DNA from: Candidatus Aenigmatarchaeota archaeon | Lineage (GTDB): Archaea > Aenigmatarchaeota > Aenigmatarchaeia > QMZP01 > QMZT01 | Length of the DNA stretch: 64,000 bases | Direction: 5' to 3' | NCBI GenBank assembly: GCA_041489155.1 | Contig: JBGPQP010000002.1 | Location: forward strand, 37,262 to 101,261 | Part shown: piece after piece, positions 63,101 through 64,000 of the stretch | How the letters are laid out: each line of letters starts with the position of its first letter | Numbering within the stretch: the stretch's first letter is position 1 | Made by a program: the position numbers and the translations under genes | Notes under the pieces: model-generated | The model's input: only the letters and a program-made list of their open reading frames with translations | Databases searched by the model: none | What the model was told of the DNA's origin: nothing

Positions 63101-64000
63101 ATTATGTTCTCGACGGGATCGTTACCGGTCGAGTTGAGTGACAACGTTCCTATTTCCTTCTCTGTACCATGCGTAACATTGTTTGAAATGGCGTTTTGAA
63201 GTATGGTGAAGTTGATCCGGGAAAGTACTGTTATGTTTATCAGGGTCGAGTTAAAATTCGTGCCTTTTTCCGGGTCCTCCCACTGCACGCTCAGGTTAGC
63301 GGTGTAGTTGCCCGAATGTGTCTGGGCCAGTATGGTTATAAGGAATGACGTATTGCAGCTCTCCCACTTGGGTACGTTGCCGCAATAAAAGGACGATACG
63401 TTTGAAGTTATACCTGCAGAGGAAAAATTCAAATTGATGCTCACGTTGTAGGCAGTCGAATTGCCTATGTTTACAGTGCTGACGAAAACAGGAAAGGACT
63501 GATTCTGGTACCATGTGACATTGCCGGCAGTGAAATTGTACACGTCGCTATCGATGGTTATGTTGGTACCTGAAACCGAAACTGTTAGGTTGATAGTTTT
63601 GAAGCCGTCATTCGCCGTCGTTACATTTATTGTCCCGTTGTATTCGCCGGGCGGGGTGTCAAGAGTTGCGTTGACCCACAGCTGGACCATCTGCGAATTG
63701 CCCCACCACAGAGCAGGTATGCTGGACGGGACCAAGCTGAAGGTGAAATTGCCGGAGAAGCCCTGAATAGTCATGTTAAGTGTATACAGGGGTTCGTTGC
63801 CTATCGAGTATACCGTGAAATTCTTTACGTTCCTCAGGGGCTTGTCTGCCGCTATTATGCCCAAGACGAAGGTGTCAGAAACGTTAAGCTGCGGGTTTGG
63901 CAGGACCGTCACGTTAATGAGCGTGCTGTTGTAGCCTGGCACGGATGCGTTTGAATTCCTCCAGGCTGCGCTTATGTTTACAGAATAGTTGCCTGCAGGC
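60178..64000 (-). CDS. giant N-glycosylation-sequon-rich surface protein with C-terminal TM anchor and cytoplasmic helical tail (5' end outside window)
   Basis: The frame stays open to base 64000 (upstream codons read ..PAGNYSVNISAAWRNSNAS before the track's GTG). Repeated beta-rich modules, a P/G/A linker PPQPPSPGGGGAAGGAGAAPSQP, a TM PPWLIAILLVLVVVIAILLVLV, and an ~85-aa K/E-rich tail. Confidence 0.7.
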   Translation of the reverse strand, partial: PAGNYSVNISAAWRNSNASVPGYNSTLINVTVLPNPQLNVSDTFVLGIIAADKPLRNVKNFTVYSIGNEPLYTLNMTIQGFSGNFTFSLVPSSIPALWWGNSQMVQLWVNATLDTPPGEYNGTINVTTANDGFKTINLTVSVSGTNITIDSDVYNFTAGNVTWYQNQSFPVFVSTVNIGNSTAYNVSINLNFSSAGITSNVSSFYCGNVPKWESCNTSFLITILAQTHSGNYTANLSVQWEDPEKGTNFNSTLINITVLSRINFTILQNAISNNVTHGTEKEIGTLSLNSTGNDPVENIIFTVYNFSSSFYFEIMPPNVPSLGGEYPQGVKINLSVAYGQAPGIYTGILNVTTSNDGYKEINLTIEIPTNRTWTTNTTYCEKVESPEEGTACDVFINNTGNTQINFTITPVANVSSQFNHTWTSVNGLLLNKGQSLVLSIYYNVTNQTIKFYYANYTINAVESGSNPDYVILQVILNPYIKPGISVQISPNMTEQTEYVWVYANVTDQGGAGVNDGNVTVTVRRPDGSNDTMVMFFYGGSKTGGTSRWRARYYVYSDEPYQGVAWGNTTNKGYYNITVFALDNQGKNNTVNTSYFYIYYKLFVDLDTDKYAYQGQLGKVIWIKSRDAVVTPLGGANVNLTLTDPYGRNADYLIDDVDKYFVTNSNGDAGSLYNIPPNAILGNYTFSANSSYYETSVNTIIYNTSSYTFEVEEAGELEAKIGIDEGQYFYISRSMQIGVEIKDHGISVEPDSINLTIEYQTPYGWLEVTRPWGHLSKSDFTEIYPGSYSYPSEILSENTTASGTYRAILSVTRHGKHASDTVYSFSIAKGGPYDVEVTSIENEVPRNDYLDFEMLIENRGDISQQDVKVEYWISGANQTWDYGNASIQVNAHANRTLLRSLFVYSFQPLGQYTLNVKVTYDPNIEPATAERTFFVVEGGAPPQPPSPGGGGAAGGAGAAPSQPAKIEIIKYSPELGMEMDVVKYPTVEVKNTGGSKLYNVILRVTGIPSPWIQDISPKIIPELAVGNSSIFTLTLKIPSTAEAKEYIGQIIADANVTRDEKSFTLTVFSSRAQLIRWEIDRLKKAFQEFQVDVENAKKAGKDTKEVLPYIDQIKEHIRLAEDYLEKKMYDDSLSEVHSGWSALEKAIYLLSQAPFVQILIETIFPPWLIAILLVLVVVIAILLVLVRKMRGVFDRIFRLQAPGGAQGAMKTTVVVERMKERETLEKEEMNIRRVLNLLERQFKEGLITENAYMSLKTRNEEKLAKIEQIKSAVK

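Overview
Densely coding archaeal chromosomal segment with about 70 protein genes, 3 tRNAs and one 5S rRNA. I recognised no CRISPR array, transposase or prophage. Archaeal identity is visible directly: an rpoH-rpoB''-rpoB'-rpoA'-rpoA'' operon with split B and A subunits, r-proteins L6, L32e, L44e and S27ae, archaeal-type TIM, bifunctional FBP aldolase/phosphatase, a short XPF nuclease, tRNA-Tyr with a C1:G72 pair, and intron-containing tRNAs. Split rpoB together with short XPF, an orphan 5S gene, a multi-intron tRNA and many K/E-rich protein extensions suggests a small-genome, DPANN-like (for example Micrarchaeota-type) lineage. That placement is inference only. Housekeeping blocks: RNAP and r-proteins (4.0-12.3 kb); an RNA gene cluster (12.5-13.5 kb); gluconeogenesis (15.1-17.4 kb); argF and ADP-forming acetyl-CoA synthetase (28.7-31.7 kb); a glutamine-centred block of lrp, glnA, guaA, pyrG and purF (33.1-39.8 kb); and glmS. 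Most unusual items: (1) a tightly coupled minus-strand operon at 51.5-60.0 kb encoding a MinD/ParA ATPase, a small membrane anchor and three very large coiled-coil proteins (397, 1201 and 637 aa). It sits directly downstream of a giant sequon-rich surface protein and is a candidate undescribed cytoskeletal/scaffold system. (2) A full-length LAGLIDADG intein inside the geranylgeranyl reductase gene. (3) A tRNA-Tyr with two introns, one in the T-loop, and a tRNA-Lys with a 97-nt intron. (4) A Tad/Epd-like pilus locus with two T2SSF platform genes and a Q+1 pilin but no PilB-type ATPase, flanked by a HerA/FtsK-superfamily ATPase, plus a separate five-gene pilin-like cluster. (5) Tandem HypC-like genes, one an unlisted 52-codon ORF, translationally coupled to a DMT transporter.
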